DNA of 64,000 bases from Candidatus Multivoradales bacterium (GTDB lineage Bacteria; Acidobacteriota; Thermoanaerobaculia; Multivoradales; Multivoraceae), in the NCBI GenBank assembly GCA_965223325.1, contig CBDCWI010000001.1, positions 1,920,001 through 1,984,000 of the forward strand, in the 5' to 3' direction. Below, in pieces: positions 8,352 through 18,900 of the stretch. The position numbers and the translations under genes were made by a program. The notes below the pieces were generated by a model. That model was not told where the DNA came from and did no database searches. It saw only the letters and a program-made list of their open reading frames with translations. Every line of letters begins with the position of its first letter. The first letter of the stretch is position 1.

Positions 8352-10349
8352 CTACAAACGCGACTCGACGTACTCGAGGCTCGCTTTCGCCCGCGGATCG
8401 TCGGGTGCAAGAGCAACCAGTTGGGTAAAAACCTCCTTGGCCTCACGCCAGCGCTCCTGACTCGCAAGCAGCACTCCGAGATCGGCGAGTGCAGGCAGGT
8501 AGCGGGCGTCGCGCGCGAGAACGCTGCGGAGCCCTTCTTCGGCGACGTCGAGATCGCGCCGCCCCATGTAGACGGTGGCGAGTTGGTAGAGGAGCTCGAT
8601 GTTGGCCTCGTCTCTCGCCAGGTTGTCGCGAGCGCTCTCGAGTGCCTCGTCCATTCTCTCGAGGGCCAGGTAGGTGCTGGTGCGAAGTGCCCGCATCGAC
8701 AGATCGCTCGGGTCAGCCTCGATGGCTAGCGGAACGAAGGTCGCCGCCTCGTCGAGGCGCCCGAGGTCAAACGACAGGCGTGCCAGGGCTCTCGTGTACA
8801 GGCCGGAGCCGCCGGAGATAGCGAACGCACGACGGTAGGCCTCGTAGGCTGGCTCGGGCTGGCCCGATTCTTCGTAGGCCACGGCGAGGAACTGCCAGGC
8901 GTCGAGCAGTCGCGGATGGCGGTTGACGGTTCGCGCCAGAAGTTGCACGGCGTCCTGCGCCCTTCCCAGCCGCAGACTGTCGATGCCTCGCTGCAGGGTC
9001 GCAAGTGACTCGATCTCCTGACGCGGGTCGGGCAGGTCGGTCGCTGGCAAAGTGGCTTCGCTGCTCAAGTAGCCGAGCGACAAGAGCGCCTCGCGATCTT
9101 CCTCTTCTGCGGCGCTGCTATCTCTAGCCTGGGGCGGCTCGATCGAGGCCTCCGCCAGGGCAGCTCGCAGAGGCTCTGCTCGCTGCCCACCGAGGTCGTT
9201 CTGCTCGCCCGGATCTACTGCGAGGTCGAAGAGCTCACCGTAGGCACCTTCGATCCAATGGAGGTCACCCTCGATTACCGAGGTCAGTCCATGCCATCCC
9301 AGGCGCAGCTGCGGATAGAACGTCTCGGCGAAGATCGGGCGCTGGGGATGTTCCGCGAGCTCGAGAAGAGTCGGCGCCGGGTTGCCGAGAGGGGCAGCAC
9401 CGCCAGGGGCCACGAGTGCGAGCAAGGTCCCAGGCACGTCGCTCAGTTGAGCAGGCTCGGTCACCGACTGGCCTCTGCGCTCGGCGCCCGGCAACTTGAC
9501 GATCAGCGGAACCTGAAGAGCCTCGCGGTGCAGCAGGATGCCGTGTTGGTCCTCGCCATGCTCGCCGAGACCTTCCCCGTGATCCGAGAGTAGAACGACG
9601 ATCGCCTCGTCGTAACGCTCGAGACGACGCAGCTCTGCCAAGAGCTCGCCCACCAGGGCATCGACCGCTGCGATCTCGCCGTCATAAGGGTGTGCGACCT
9701 GATCAAAAGGAGGAGGCGGCTCATACGGCGCGTGCGGCTCGTAGAAATGCACCATCAAAAAGAACGGCTCTTCGCCGAAACCGTTCAGTAACTCTCTGGC
9801 GCCCTCCAGCACCTCGCGACCATCGCGCTGGGTTTCAGCAGCGGTCGCACGCACGAGCTGCTCGATCTCGTCGTCGTAGAACTCGAAGCCCTGAGCGATT
9901 CCTGTCGCACGCCGCATGACGAAACTCGAAACCACCGCCGCCGTCCGGTAGCCCTCGGCCACCAGACGCTCAGCAAACGTCTCTATGTCTTCCGCCAGGC
10001 GAAAGCCCGAGTTGTCTCGCACCCCGTGTTGATGCGGCAGGAGGCCAGTCAAGAGCGACGCATGGGCCGGCAGAGTGAGTGGAATCGGGCTGTAGGCGCG
10101 CTCGAACAGCAGACTGTCGGCGCGCAATCGATCGATGGCCGGCGTGGCGACGCCATCGTAACCATAGACCGGCAGATGGTCGGAGCGCAGGGTATCGATT
10201 GAGATCAGGAGAATCGGCGGCTTTGTCCCAGCCACAGCCTCCGACCCGGGACTCTCCTGCGGCTCAGCTCCCTGACAGGTCAGTAGAAGGAAGCCGGCGC
10301 CGGCCGCCAGGAGAGCGTGTTGCCGTTTCGATGTCCACACGCTGTTCAT
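8352..10349 (-). CDS. Sulfatase-like (alkaline phosphatase superfamily) protein with C-terminal TPR repeats, probable lipoprotein
   Basis: LLISIDTLRSD, SPIPLTLPAHASLLTG, HFYEPHAPY, LSDHGEGLGEHGE, TPR-like helices, LLLTC lipobox-like signal. Start taken at ATG 10349. Confidence 0.85.
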   Translation of the reverse strand: MNSVWTSKRQHALLAAGAGFLLLTCQGAEPQESPGSEAVAGTKPPILLISIDTLRSDHLPVYGYDGVATPAIDRLRADSLLFERAYSPIPLTLPAHASLLTGLLPHQHGVRDNSGFRLAEDIETFAERLVAEGYRTAAVVSSFVMRRATGIAQGFEFYDDEIEQLVRATAAETQRDGREVLEGARELLNGFGEEPFFLMVHFYEPHAPYEPPPPFDQVAHPYDGEIAAVDALVGELLAELRRLERYDEAIVVLLSDHGEGLGEHGEDQHGILLHREALQVPLIVKLPGAERRGQSVTEPAQLSDVPGTLLALVAPGGAAPLGNPAPTLLELAEHPQRPIFAETFYPQLRLGWHGLTSVIEGDLHWIEGAYGELFDLAVDPGEQNDLGGQRAEPLRAALAEASIEPPQARDSSAAEEEDREALLSLGYLSSEATLPATDLPDPRQEIESLATLQRGIDSLRLGRAQDAVQLLARTVNRHPRLLDAWQFLAVAYEESGQPEPAYEAYRRAFAISGGSGLYTRALARLSFDLGRLDEAATFVPLAIEADPSDLSMRALRTSTYLALERMDEALESARDNLARDEANIELLYQLATVYMGRRDLDVAEEGLRSVLARDARYLPALADLGVLLASQERWREAKEVFTQLVALAPDDPRAKASLEYVESRL

Positions 10350-10513
10350 CAGCCTAAGTCTGCCGAAACGATCGAAACGAACGGCCCGACGGTACACGGC
10401 CCTGGGACGAGTCGCTGACTGCGATTGCACCGATCTCGAGCCCTTGATGTGAAACAAACGCCGTTTCGAGGCGTCCAGCACCTTGATCCCGTAAATCCGA
10501 GAGAGGAAGGTCC

Positions 10514-12949
10514 ATGAACGACCTCAAGTTCGCACTGCGTTCTCTGCGGCGTGCGCCCGGCGTCACGCTCATTCTGCTGCTCACCCTGGCCCTCGGCATC
10601 GGCGCCACCGGCGCCATCTGGAGCGTCATCGACGGCGTGATTCTCGAGCCGCTCCCCTATGAAGATCCCGAAGAGCTCGCGATGCTCTACTCCGAATTCC
10701 CCACTATGGACTTCGAGCGGTTCTGGATTTCACCGCCCGAGTTCATGGAATACGAAGAATGGACGCAGGCCTTCGAAGCCATTGCCGGCTACCGTGGTTT
10801 TGAGGTCTCTCTGGTCGGAAAAGATGAGCCGATGCGAGTGCGCGGGATGATGGCCACGGCCAGCCTCTTCGACGTCATCGGCACCAACCCGCAGATCGGG
10901 CGCCCGTTCAGTGCCGAAGAGGACAACCCCGACGGCGAACGAGTCGCGGTTATCGCCTACGAGCTCTGGCAACGCACCTTCGGAGGTGACGAAAGTGTGC
11001 TCGGCGAGGTCGTCGACATCGACGGCAATCCCACGACGATCATCGGCGTCATGCCCCGCGGGTTCGATCTCGACGACACCAAGCCGCAGGTATGGGTCCC
11101 GATGGGGCTCGATCGTTCGAACCGCTCGAACCGCGGTAGTCACTACCTGCGCGTTATCGGGCGTTTGAGCGATGGCACGAGTCTCGAAGCAGCGCGCACC
11201 GAAGCACAGTCGCTGGTCGAAGGCTGGGATGAACTCTCCCCGAACGACCATAACCCCGATCCTGAGTTTCACCCTTTTCGCATCGAACCACTCAAGCAGG
11301 AGATCGTGGGGGATACGCAGCCGGCGCTGATGGCGCTACTCGGCGCGGTGTCTTTCGTTCTCCTGATCGCCTGCGCCAATGTCGCCAATCTCCTGCTGGC
11401 CCGCTCCGAAGAGCGCCAACAGGAAATGGCAGTACGGGCCGCGATGGGCGCGTCGCGCTGGCGCCTGGTGCGCCAGGTGCTGACTGAGAGCGTGCTGTTA
11501 TCGGTAGTTGGTGGAGTGCTCGGTGTGGTGCTCGCCCACCAGGGTCTCAAGCTGCTCCTCGGAATCAGTCCGGAGGCGCTACCTCGCGCCAGCGCGGTGG
11601 AGCTCGACGGAACCGTCTTACTGTTCTCGGCCTTGGTCGCGGTCCTGGCGGGGGTTCTCTTTGGCATCGCACCGGCTCTCCAACTCAGCAGCCGACGGCT
11701 CGGAGCAGCTGTGCGTGAAGGTGGCAGACGTGCGACTGCCGGCGTTGCCGGGCGTGGTTTGCGTCGTGCGCTGGTCGTGGTCGAAATCGCGCTCGCCCTG
11801 GCACTCGTCGTCGGAGCCGGCTTGATGCTGCGCAGCTTCCAGTCTCTCTTGGAAGTGCACCCAGGCTTTGCGAGCTCTAACCTGATGTCCTTCGCCGTCG
11901 AGTTGCCCGACAGCCGCTACCCCGAGGCCGACGACCAGACGACCTTCATGACCCGATTGACCGAAACACTCGCTGGCACTCCTGGCATCACCGCGGTGGC
12001 AGCCAGCGACGAGATTCCGCCGGTCGCGACCCTGAACGCAAACGACACGGAGTTCGAAGGCATCGAACGTACACCGGACGGTCCGCCGCACAACACCGAC
12101 TACTGGTGGACGGTTACCCGCGGCTTCTTCGAGACCCTGGGGACGCGCATCGTCGACGGCCGCGTCTTCGGACCGGGAGACGGCCCGGGATCGAACCCGG
12201 TGGTGGTGATCAACGAAGCGACCGCCAAACGCTTCTACGGCGACACTCGTGCCGTCGGCCAACGCCTGCGGCCGCCCTTCGGTAGCGAGATCCCGTGGTT
12301 CACGATCATCGGGGTGGTCGAAGACATCAAACAGGCTGGCGTCGACGCCGAAGCCGGAACCCATCTCTTCTGGTCCTACGAGCAGCTGGCACAGCTCGGC
12401 TTCGCACCCAGCGAGATGTACTACGTCGTCGAGTCAACGCTCGAGGAAGACAGCCTCGCTGGAACCCTTCGGCAGGCGGTCTGGGCGATCGACCCGGCGC
12501 TGCCAGTCGCCGACATCCGCACCCTCGACACGGTGGTCGCCGACTCGCTCGCGCGGCCTCGACTCTTGACGGTGCTCCTCTCGCTCTTCGGCCTGGCGGC
12601 GTTGTTCCTCGCCGCCATCGGCATCTACGGTGTGCTGGCCCACAGCGTGGCGACCAGGGCGCAGGAGCTCGGGATCCGCATGGCGATGGGCGCCAACCAG
12701 AGGCGTATTCTCGGTCTGGTACTCGGTCAGGGCCTCAGCCTGGCCGCCGCTGGCCTCGCCCTCGGCATTCTTGCGTCGCTGGCACTACGCCGCGCACTCG
12801 ACTCGATGCTCTATGGCATCGGAGCGACTGACCCGATGAGCTGGGCGTTCGGCATTGGGTTCTTCGCTCTGGTTGCGGCGCTGGCCTGCCTGATTCCGGC
12901 CCTCCGCGCCACCCGCGTCGACCCGATCAGCGTGCTGCGCGCCGACTGA
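10514..12949 (+). CDS. MacB/FtsX-like duplicated ABC permease (ADOP family)
   Basis: MNDLKFALRSLRRAPG, LLIACANVANLLLAR, RAAMGASRWRLVRQVLTES, RATRVDPISVLRAD; 811 aa; GGAAGG RBS. Confidence 0.92.
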   Translation: MNDLKFALRSLRRAPGVTLILLLTLALGIGATGAIWSVIDGVILEPLPYEDPEELAMLYSEFPTMDFERFWISPPEFMEYEEWTQAFEAIAGYRGFEVSLVGKDEPMRVRGMMATASLFDVIGTNPQIGRPFSAEEDNPDGERVAVIAYELWQRTFGGDESVLGEVVDIDGNPTTIIGVMPRGFDLDDTKPQVWVPMGLDRSNRSNRGSHYLRVIGRLSDGTSLEAARTEAQSLVEGWDELSPNDHNPDPEFHPFRIEPLKQEIVGDTQPALMALLGAVSFVLLIACANVANLLLARSEERQQEMAVRAAMGASRWRLVRQVLTESVLLSVVGGVLGVVLAHQGLKLLLGISPEALPRASAVELDGTVLLFSALVAVLAGVLFGIAPALQLSSRRLGAAVREGGRRATAGVAGRGLRRALVVVEIALALALVVGAGLMLRSFQSLLEVHPGFASSNLMSFAVELPDSRYPEADDQTTFMTRLTETLAGTPGITAVAASDEIPPVATLNANDTEFEGIERTPDGPPHNTDYWWTVTRGFFETLGTRIVDGRVFGPGDGPGSNPVVVINEATAKRFYGDTRAVGQRLRPPFGSEIPWFTIIGVVEDIKQAGVDAEAGTHLFWSYEQLAQLGFAPSEMYYVVESTLEEDSLAGTLRQAVWAIDPALPVADIRTLDTVVADSLARPRLLTVLLSLFGLAALFLAAIGIYGVLAHSVATRAQELGIRMAMGANQRRILGLVLGQGLSLAAAGLALGILASLALRRALDSMLYGIGATDPMSWAFGIGFFALVAALACLIPALRATRVDPISVLRAD

Positions 12950-13033
12950 GCAGGCGGCGTCGGAACAGCCTGACCAGCGACCAGAACCCCCCTTATTGCT
13001 CCGCTCCGGGGCCTGCCGTAGGCTGGCCCGATC

Positions 13034-13939
13034 ATGAGCAACGCACTGGAACACCCTGGAAGACTCGGCGTCTGGACGTGGATCGACGCCTTCTCCTCTG
13101 AACAAGCCGCGGACTTTGCCAAGCAACTCGAAACGTGGGGCTACTCCACCCTTTGGATCCCCGAAGCCGTCGGGCGTGATCCCTTCGCCCTGATCGGCTA
13201 TCTGGCAGGCCAGACCGAAACTCTCAACTTCGCCACCGGCATCGCCAACATCTACGCCCGTGACCACGTCACGATGAAGGCGATTCATCAGACTCTTTCC
13301 GAGATGCTGCCAGGCCGTTTCATTCTCGGTCTGGGCGTCTCGCACCCACATCTGGTTTCGCGCCTGCGCGGGCACGAGTGGAAGAAACCAATTCCCAAGA
13401 TGCGTGGCTACCTGGAAGCGATGAAGGGTGCGATCTATCACGGGCCGAAGCCTGAGCTCGAAGCTCCCATCGTGATCGCAGCGTTACGTCCGCTGATGAT
13501 GGGGCTCGCGCGCGATCATGTGCGCGGTGCCCATCCCTACCTGGTGACTCCAGAACATACCCAGCGCGCGAGAGAAATCCTCGGTGACGGCCCGTGGTTG
13601 TGCCCGGAACAGAAGGTGATTCTCGAAACTGACGCCGAAACCGCACGAGGCGTTGCGCGCGGCCAACTGACGCCCTACCTGCGGGCGCCCAACTACCAGA
13701 ACAATCTTCGCGAGATCGGCTTCGAGGACAGCGACTGGCAAGACGGAAAGGCGAGCGATCGCCTGATCGACGCGCTCGTCGCCTGGGGCGATGTCGACAC
13801 TATTCGCGAACGCATCGAGGCGCACTGGAGTGCCGGCGCCGACCATGTTTCGATCCAGCCGTTCCGTCCCGACGGAGCTCCCGGGCCCGACATGAAAGCA
13901 CTCGAAGTGTTGGCACCGGCTACCGAGCGTGCGAGCTAG
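13034..13939 (+). CDS. LLM-class oxidoreductase, probable F420-dependent (TIGR03620/MSMEG_4141-like)
   Basis: GYSTLWIPEAVGRDPF, ATGIANIYARD, GRFILGLGVSH, GAHPYLVTPEHT, AGADHVSIQ. Confidence 0.8.
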   Translation: MSNALEHPGRLGVWTWIDAFSSEQAADFAKQLETWGYSTLWIPEAVGRDPFALIGYLAGQTETLNFATGIANIYARDHVTMKAIHQTLSEMLPGRFILGLGVSHPHLVSRLRGHEWKKPIPKMRGYLEAMKGAIYHGPKPELEAPIVIAALRPLMMGLARDHVRGAHPYLVTPEHTQRAREILGDGPWLCPEQKVILETDAETARGVARGQLTPYLRAPNYQNNLREIGFEDSDWQDGKASDRLIDALVAWGDVDTIRERIEAHWSAGADHVSIQPFRPDGAPGPDMKALEVLAPATERAS

Positions 13940-14211
13940 AGGCCTGCTGAAGAACTCCCGCGAGGCTGAGCGCGGGGATCTGGGCTCTCTGTTCGTGCCG
14001 ACGCGAGGAGGCGATGTCTGTGCATCGTTGACGAGTCGTCGGTGCGGACGGCGAGCCCAAACCCCCGCGCCCGCTGGGTTTGACGGCGTGGGCCTCGCTG
14101 CAGCACGGCGAACGCTCTACGATGGAGCACAGCATCGCATTCGCGCACGGCGCACCACATCGAGACCCACGGCGCTCAAACTCAGCCACACGAGAGTTCT
14201 TCAGCAAGCCC
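13940..14211. mobile_element. MITE-like non-autonomous element (272 bp) with terminal inverted repeats and CTAG flanks
   Basis: Left end AGGCCTGCTGAAGAACTC (13940-13957); right end reverse complement GGGCTTGCTGAAGAACTC (14194-14211). CTAG on both sides (13936-13939, 14212-14215). Two long internal imperfect hairpins; no transposase. Confidence 0.75.
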
Positions 14212-14216
14212 CTAGC

Positions 14217-15926
14217 TTGCTCACCGCGTTTGCGGTGATGCTCCTGACTCTGCCGCTGGCCGCGCAGGAACCACCAGCGCCGCAACCCGAGGCCGACCAG
14301 GACCGCGAAGCTCCGGGCGACCTGATCACCACCGAGACCTCGCTCGGAAAAGTCGTCGGTACCGAAACCTTCCTGGGCGGTTTGAGCTTCCGCGGTATTC
14401 CGTACGCCGAGCCCCCGGTTGGATCACTACGCTTCAGGGCGCCGAAGGCAAAGAGCCCCTGGCCTGGCATCTTGAACGCCAAGGAGTTCGGGCCAGCTTG
14501 CCCGCAGATCGCAGATCCACTCGAAGGGATCCCGGAAGAACTCGGTGCCCTCGACAACGAAGACTGTCTGTCGATCAACGTCTGGACCCCGGGTCTCGAC
14601 GAGGCCGCGCGCCCGGTCATGGTGTGGATTCACGGTGGTTCCAACGTCGCCGGCTCCAGCCGCTCACCGCTCTACGATGGCTCGGTGCTTTCTGCCCGTG
14701 GCGATGTGGTGGTGGTGTCGTTCAACTACCGCCTCGGCCTGTTGGGTTGGCTCGACGTCACTCAGTTCGGCGGCCAGAACTACGCCGGCGCTGCCAACAA
14801 CGGCATGCGCGACCAGATTCTGGCGCTACGCTGGGTGCAGGAGAACATCGGCGCTTTCGGCGGCAACCCCAACAACGTCACCGTCTTCGGAGAGTCGGCC
14901 GGGTCGATGGCGGTTTCAACCTTGCTCACCTTGGCGCGTCCCGAACGCTTGTTTCGCGCCGCGATCCTGCAAAGCGGCGTGACCTTCTCCACCGACCTCG
15001 AAAGCGCCAAGGCGATGGCTGCCGACTTCTTCGAGCGTGCCGCCATCACCGAGTCCAAACAGCTCAGAGAGATGGCGACTGCCGATCTTCTAGCGGCACA
15101 AAAGCGCGCTCTCGATACCTACCAGGGAACCGACGGTGACGTCATCTTCGTCACGCGGCCGATCGAAGAACCTCTGACCGCCACTCCCTTCGAGGCTGTG
15201 CGTGCCGGGAATGCCGCCCAGGTATCGCTGGTGCTCGGGACTACCGAGGACGAGATGCGCTACTGGTTGCACTACCTACCAGAGCTGCGCGATACCCATC
15301 CTGCCGACCTCGGCCTCGGCCTGTCTCCGGAGAACCTCGAGGCATTGCTGCTCCCCTACCGCGAGAACACCCAGTACAGCTCTGCCGGTGATCTGTCCCT
15401 GGCGCTCCTCAGCGACCTCTACTTCCGCATGCCGACTCTCCTACTCGCCGAGGCGCAGGCGGTTCATACGCCGAACGTCTGGCACTATCTCTTCGCCCGG
15501 GACATCCCGCGCTCTGATCTCGGCGCCGCTCATGCCGCCGAGCTACCTTTCGTCTTCGGAACCCTCGGCCTTCGCGTCGCCGCCCCGCTGACAGGCCTTC
15601 CGCTCGATCACCAGGAACGCTCACAGAACGCGAAACTCGCCACGGCAATGCAAGACCTGTGGCTCGGCCTCGCGATCTCGGGCGATCCCAACGCCAGCGC
15701 CAACGAGGCCCTGCCGCTGTGGTCACGCTACGACGCAGCCGAACGCGCGACCCTGCGAATCGAGGACGACTTCACCGTGGTTTCTGATCCCGGCGCTCCC
15801 ATGCGCGAAGCGTGGCTCGCGGGGTATGGCCGTGAACTCCTGCGCCAGGTCTTTGGGCCCGGTCTCTTCGCTGCGTCTCCTGGCGAGTCCTCCGAGCCCA
15901 GTGCGGGAGGTGACAACGTTCCGTAG
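14217..15926 (+). CDS. Type-B carboxylesterase (PnbA-like), secreted
   Basis: GIPYAEPPVGSLRF, EDCLSINVW, VMVWIHGG, GESAG nucleophile elbow, AAHAAEL; signal peptide ending LAAQE. Start uncertain because the MITE abuts it (TTG 14217 chosen). Confidence 0.85.
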   Translation: MLTAFAVMLLTLPLAAQEPPAPQPEADQDREAPGDLITTETSLGKVVGTETFLGGLSFRGIPYAEPPVGSLRFRAPKAKSPWPGILNAKEFGPACPQIADPLEGIPEELGALDNEDCLSINVWTPGLDEAARPVMVWIHGGSNVAGSSRSPLYDGSVLSARGDVVVVSFNYRLGLLGWLDVTQFGGQNYAGAANNGMRDQILALRWVQENIGAFGGNPNNVTVFGESAGSMAVSTLLTLARPERLFRAAILQSGVTFSTDLESAKAMAADFFERAAITESKQLREMATADLLAAQKRALDTYQGTDGDVIFVTRPIEEPLTATPFEAVRAGNAAQVSLVLGTTEDEMRYWLHYLPELRDTHPADLGLGLSPENLEALLLPYRENTQYSSAGDLSLALLSDLYFRMPTLLLAEAQAVHTPNVWHYLFARDIPRSDLGAAHAAELPFVFGTLGLRVAAPLTGLPLDHQERSQNAKLATAMQDLWLGLAISGDPNASANEALPLWSRYDAAERATLRIEDDFTVVSDPGAPMREAWLAGYGRELLRQVFGPGLFAASPGESSEPSAGGDNVP

Positions 15927-15967
15927 AGAGAATCGCTCCCGGCGGAGGCTAGCCGACCCTCGCGTGG

Positions 15968-18900
15968 TCAGGGCGCCGGTGGTCGTGGTGTCTCAGCCAT
16001 GGTCTCGTCGTCTTCATCTCGGAACACGAAGCGCTGATAAAGCAGCGAAACACCAATCAACGAAACGGCCAGGCCAACCAGCGACGCCACCCGGTAGAGG
16101 TCTTCCAGCTCGCCCAGGTCGTAGAGAGAAGTCTTGATCAGCGCCACCATCAGCAGACACAAGCTGGCCCAACGCGGGCCACGCTCCTTGCGCCACATGC
16201 CGTAGCCGAGAAGCAACATGGCGTAGATCGCCCAGGCCAGCGAAAGCGTCAAGTCGCGCTCAGCGAACTGACTGTGGGGCAACTGAATGACGCCGCCTTC
16301 GGAGAACAGCTCGAGAATGGTGAGGTTGACCCAGGCGAAACCCAAGAGAACGGCCGATCCTCCGAGCACTTGTGACTCGCTCTCCGCACCCTGGTGATCC
16401 CCCGAGCGAAGGATGCGAGCACTCATCACCAGGCTGACTGCCGGAACGAGGTAGGTGTACGCCAGCCAGTTGAGAATCGGCAGCACTTCGTCGCCCGCGT
16501 GGTAGCTGAGAAGGGAGGGGTTGAGGAGCAAACGCGCCAAGACCGCGCCGTGTAGTACGAGTCCGAAGAAACGCAACCCCCGATGGGAGAACCGTTGCCA
16601 CAAGACGAAGGCGGCCAGCGCTTCGAGTGACCAACCCATGGTGATCCACTCACGCTCGAGCTGCATTGGCACGGCGACCGCTGCAAAGACGAGGGCGACC
16701 GTGCTGTATGTAGCCACGTGCTCGCACGCGCTGTCTGAGTCTTCTCCCTTGACCTGCCATGCGGTCCAGGCAGCTGCCCCCGCAACGAGACCCAGGAGCA
16801 CCGGTAGGAGCCCAATCGCACTGTCGCCGAAACCTTGCAACCACAAGTAGCGCAGCGGGAAGAACCACAGCGGTCCCGCCAAAGCCGAGGTCATCCAGGC
16901 AGAACGAGAGGAGGCCCCAGTCATCGAACGGGCCTCGCGGAAGCCCAAGAACGGCCAAGCGGTGAAGACCACCACCGAGAGGAGCTGTGCGACCAGTGCT
17001 GTTGTCGCCCGTTCACCCTCGGCCAGTTGGAAGGTCCAGAGAAAGTGTACGCCCAGGAGAAGAAGCGCAGCCAGCGCGTACAGCCTGCCCGAAGCCCCAG
17101 CCGAGGCAGCCAGAACGATCAACATTGCCAGAGCACCGGCAAACGAATACATCACGAGAGCAGTGACATGCCCGGAGGTGATGGCCAGTGCCGCCAGGGA
17201 AACCACCGGCGAAATCGCTACCGCCTTCCAAGCCCACCCCGCCGGCACGCCAACAGTTCGCGCGCCGTCGGCGAGCAGACTCTGGCGGAAGTACGCCCAG
17301 CCCAAGAGGGCTGCTCCCACGATCACTGCCGATCCGAGCAGAACCTCGTAAGAGAGATTGGCGGCCGAGGGCCCGGCAAGAATCCAGCCACCCAGGCCGA
17401 GCGAGATTCCCGAGCTCGCCATGACGGCCAGCAGATTGCGCGCTCCGCTTCTTGCCCACTCCGCCGCGAGACCAGAGAGACGCAGGAGTCCCACAGTGGA
17501 AACAGAGGCGGCGAGAAGCCAGGGCCAGTACGTAAACGAACTCTCGAAGACCGCAAGCACCGCGTACCAGAGCAAGAGCCCGAACCACAGGAGGCCGCTG
17601 GGAAGGAGAGCGACGGAGAAGGCCCTCTCGCGATCGTCTCGGCTGGCCGTGTCCTGATCGCTGACCGGCGCCACGGCGTAGCGCTCCACGCTGAAATGAA
17701 AAAGCAGAGAGACCAGCAGACCGAAGGCGGTAACCGCCCAAGTTTCAACGCTCGTATTCATGTGCTGGCCCGACCACGCCACCATGAGAGCGAGGTCACA
17801 AGCCGCGAGCGCAACGGCAGCTCCCTGGAGGCGCAACGCGCCGGCGAGCCAGATCGCAACCAGGTTGAGCGCGAGAACAAAGAGCGCCAGGGGCAAGGCG
17901 TGCATCGCGAGCTCGGCGTGCACCGTGAGCCAGAACGTCAGCGCGAAAGGAGCGGCGATGCCAAGAACCTGTTGCAGAGCTCCCTCGCGCGCCTGGTCAC
18001 CGTCACTTTCGATCCGCCACTTCTGGCCGACGACGAGATAGGCCGCCGCAAAGACAGCCAGGATCAACAAGCCGATCCAGAAGCTGCTGGAGTCGAGTCG
18101 GGCCGCGATCCAACCGAACTGATAAAGAAACGTCAGCGCCTGGCCCAGGGTGGCGAGGCCCGTCCAATGGCGGTGGCGTCCCAATAGCCAGAGCCCGCCA
18201 TTGAGAATCAAGAGATACCCGAACAACCCGATGGGGTGATCCAGCGTGCCGGCGAGTAGAAGCGGCGTCACGAAGCCACCCAGCAGACCGATCATGGCGG
18301 TCACCGCCGAATCGTTTCGCCACGCCAGCACGCCGCACCCAACGGTGATCAGAAGCATGAGCGGATAGGCCACCAGCAGCGGGATGAAGCCGTATAAAGC
18401 GTGGGCGGCCCAGGTCGAAGCGTAGAGCGTCACGATTCCCGTACCCGCCAGGCCGTTCGACACCGGAAGAAAGCCACCCCCGCGCAGGCGCTCCGAACCG
18501 ATCAAGAGACCGAAGCCACTGGCGTATCCGAACAGGACTCGGGCCAGTGGACCGATCCAACCGGCTTCGATGGCATGACGGAAGAAAAGGATGGCCGCCA
18601 GTGCCAGAACGACAGCGCCGGCGATTGCAGCTCCTCGAACGCCGAGCCAGCGTTCCCAGTCGCTTTCGACCGAGGCGCTCGGCCGCTGGTCGTAGGGCAG
18701 CGGCTGCACGTTGACGGGTGGGCTGACCGGCGCTTCGACCCCGGTTGGCGGGGCCGGTCGGTCGAGCTGCTGCTCCGGGAGGACTTTGGTCTTCGGTGCT
18801 TCAGCCGTCGGCCTGGGCTCACTGGCCTGCTCCTCGATGACTCTCGTTCGCGCTGCGAGTGGCTCGCTTGGTTTCTGGGTCGAGGGCTGGCGCTCTAGCG

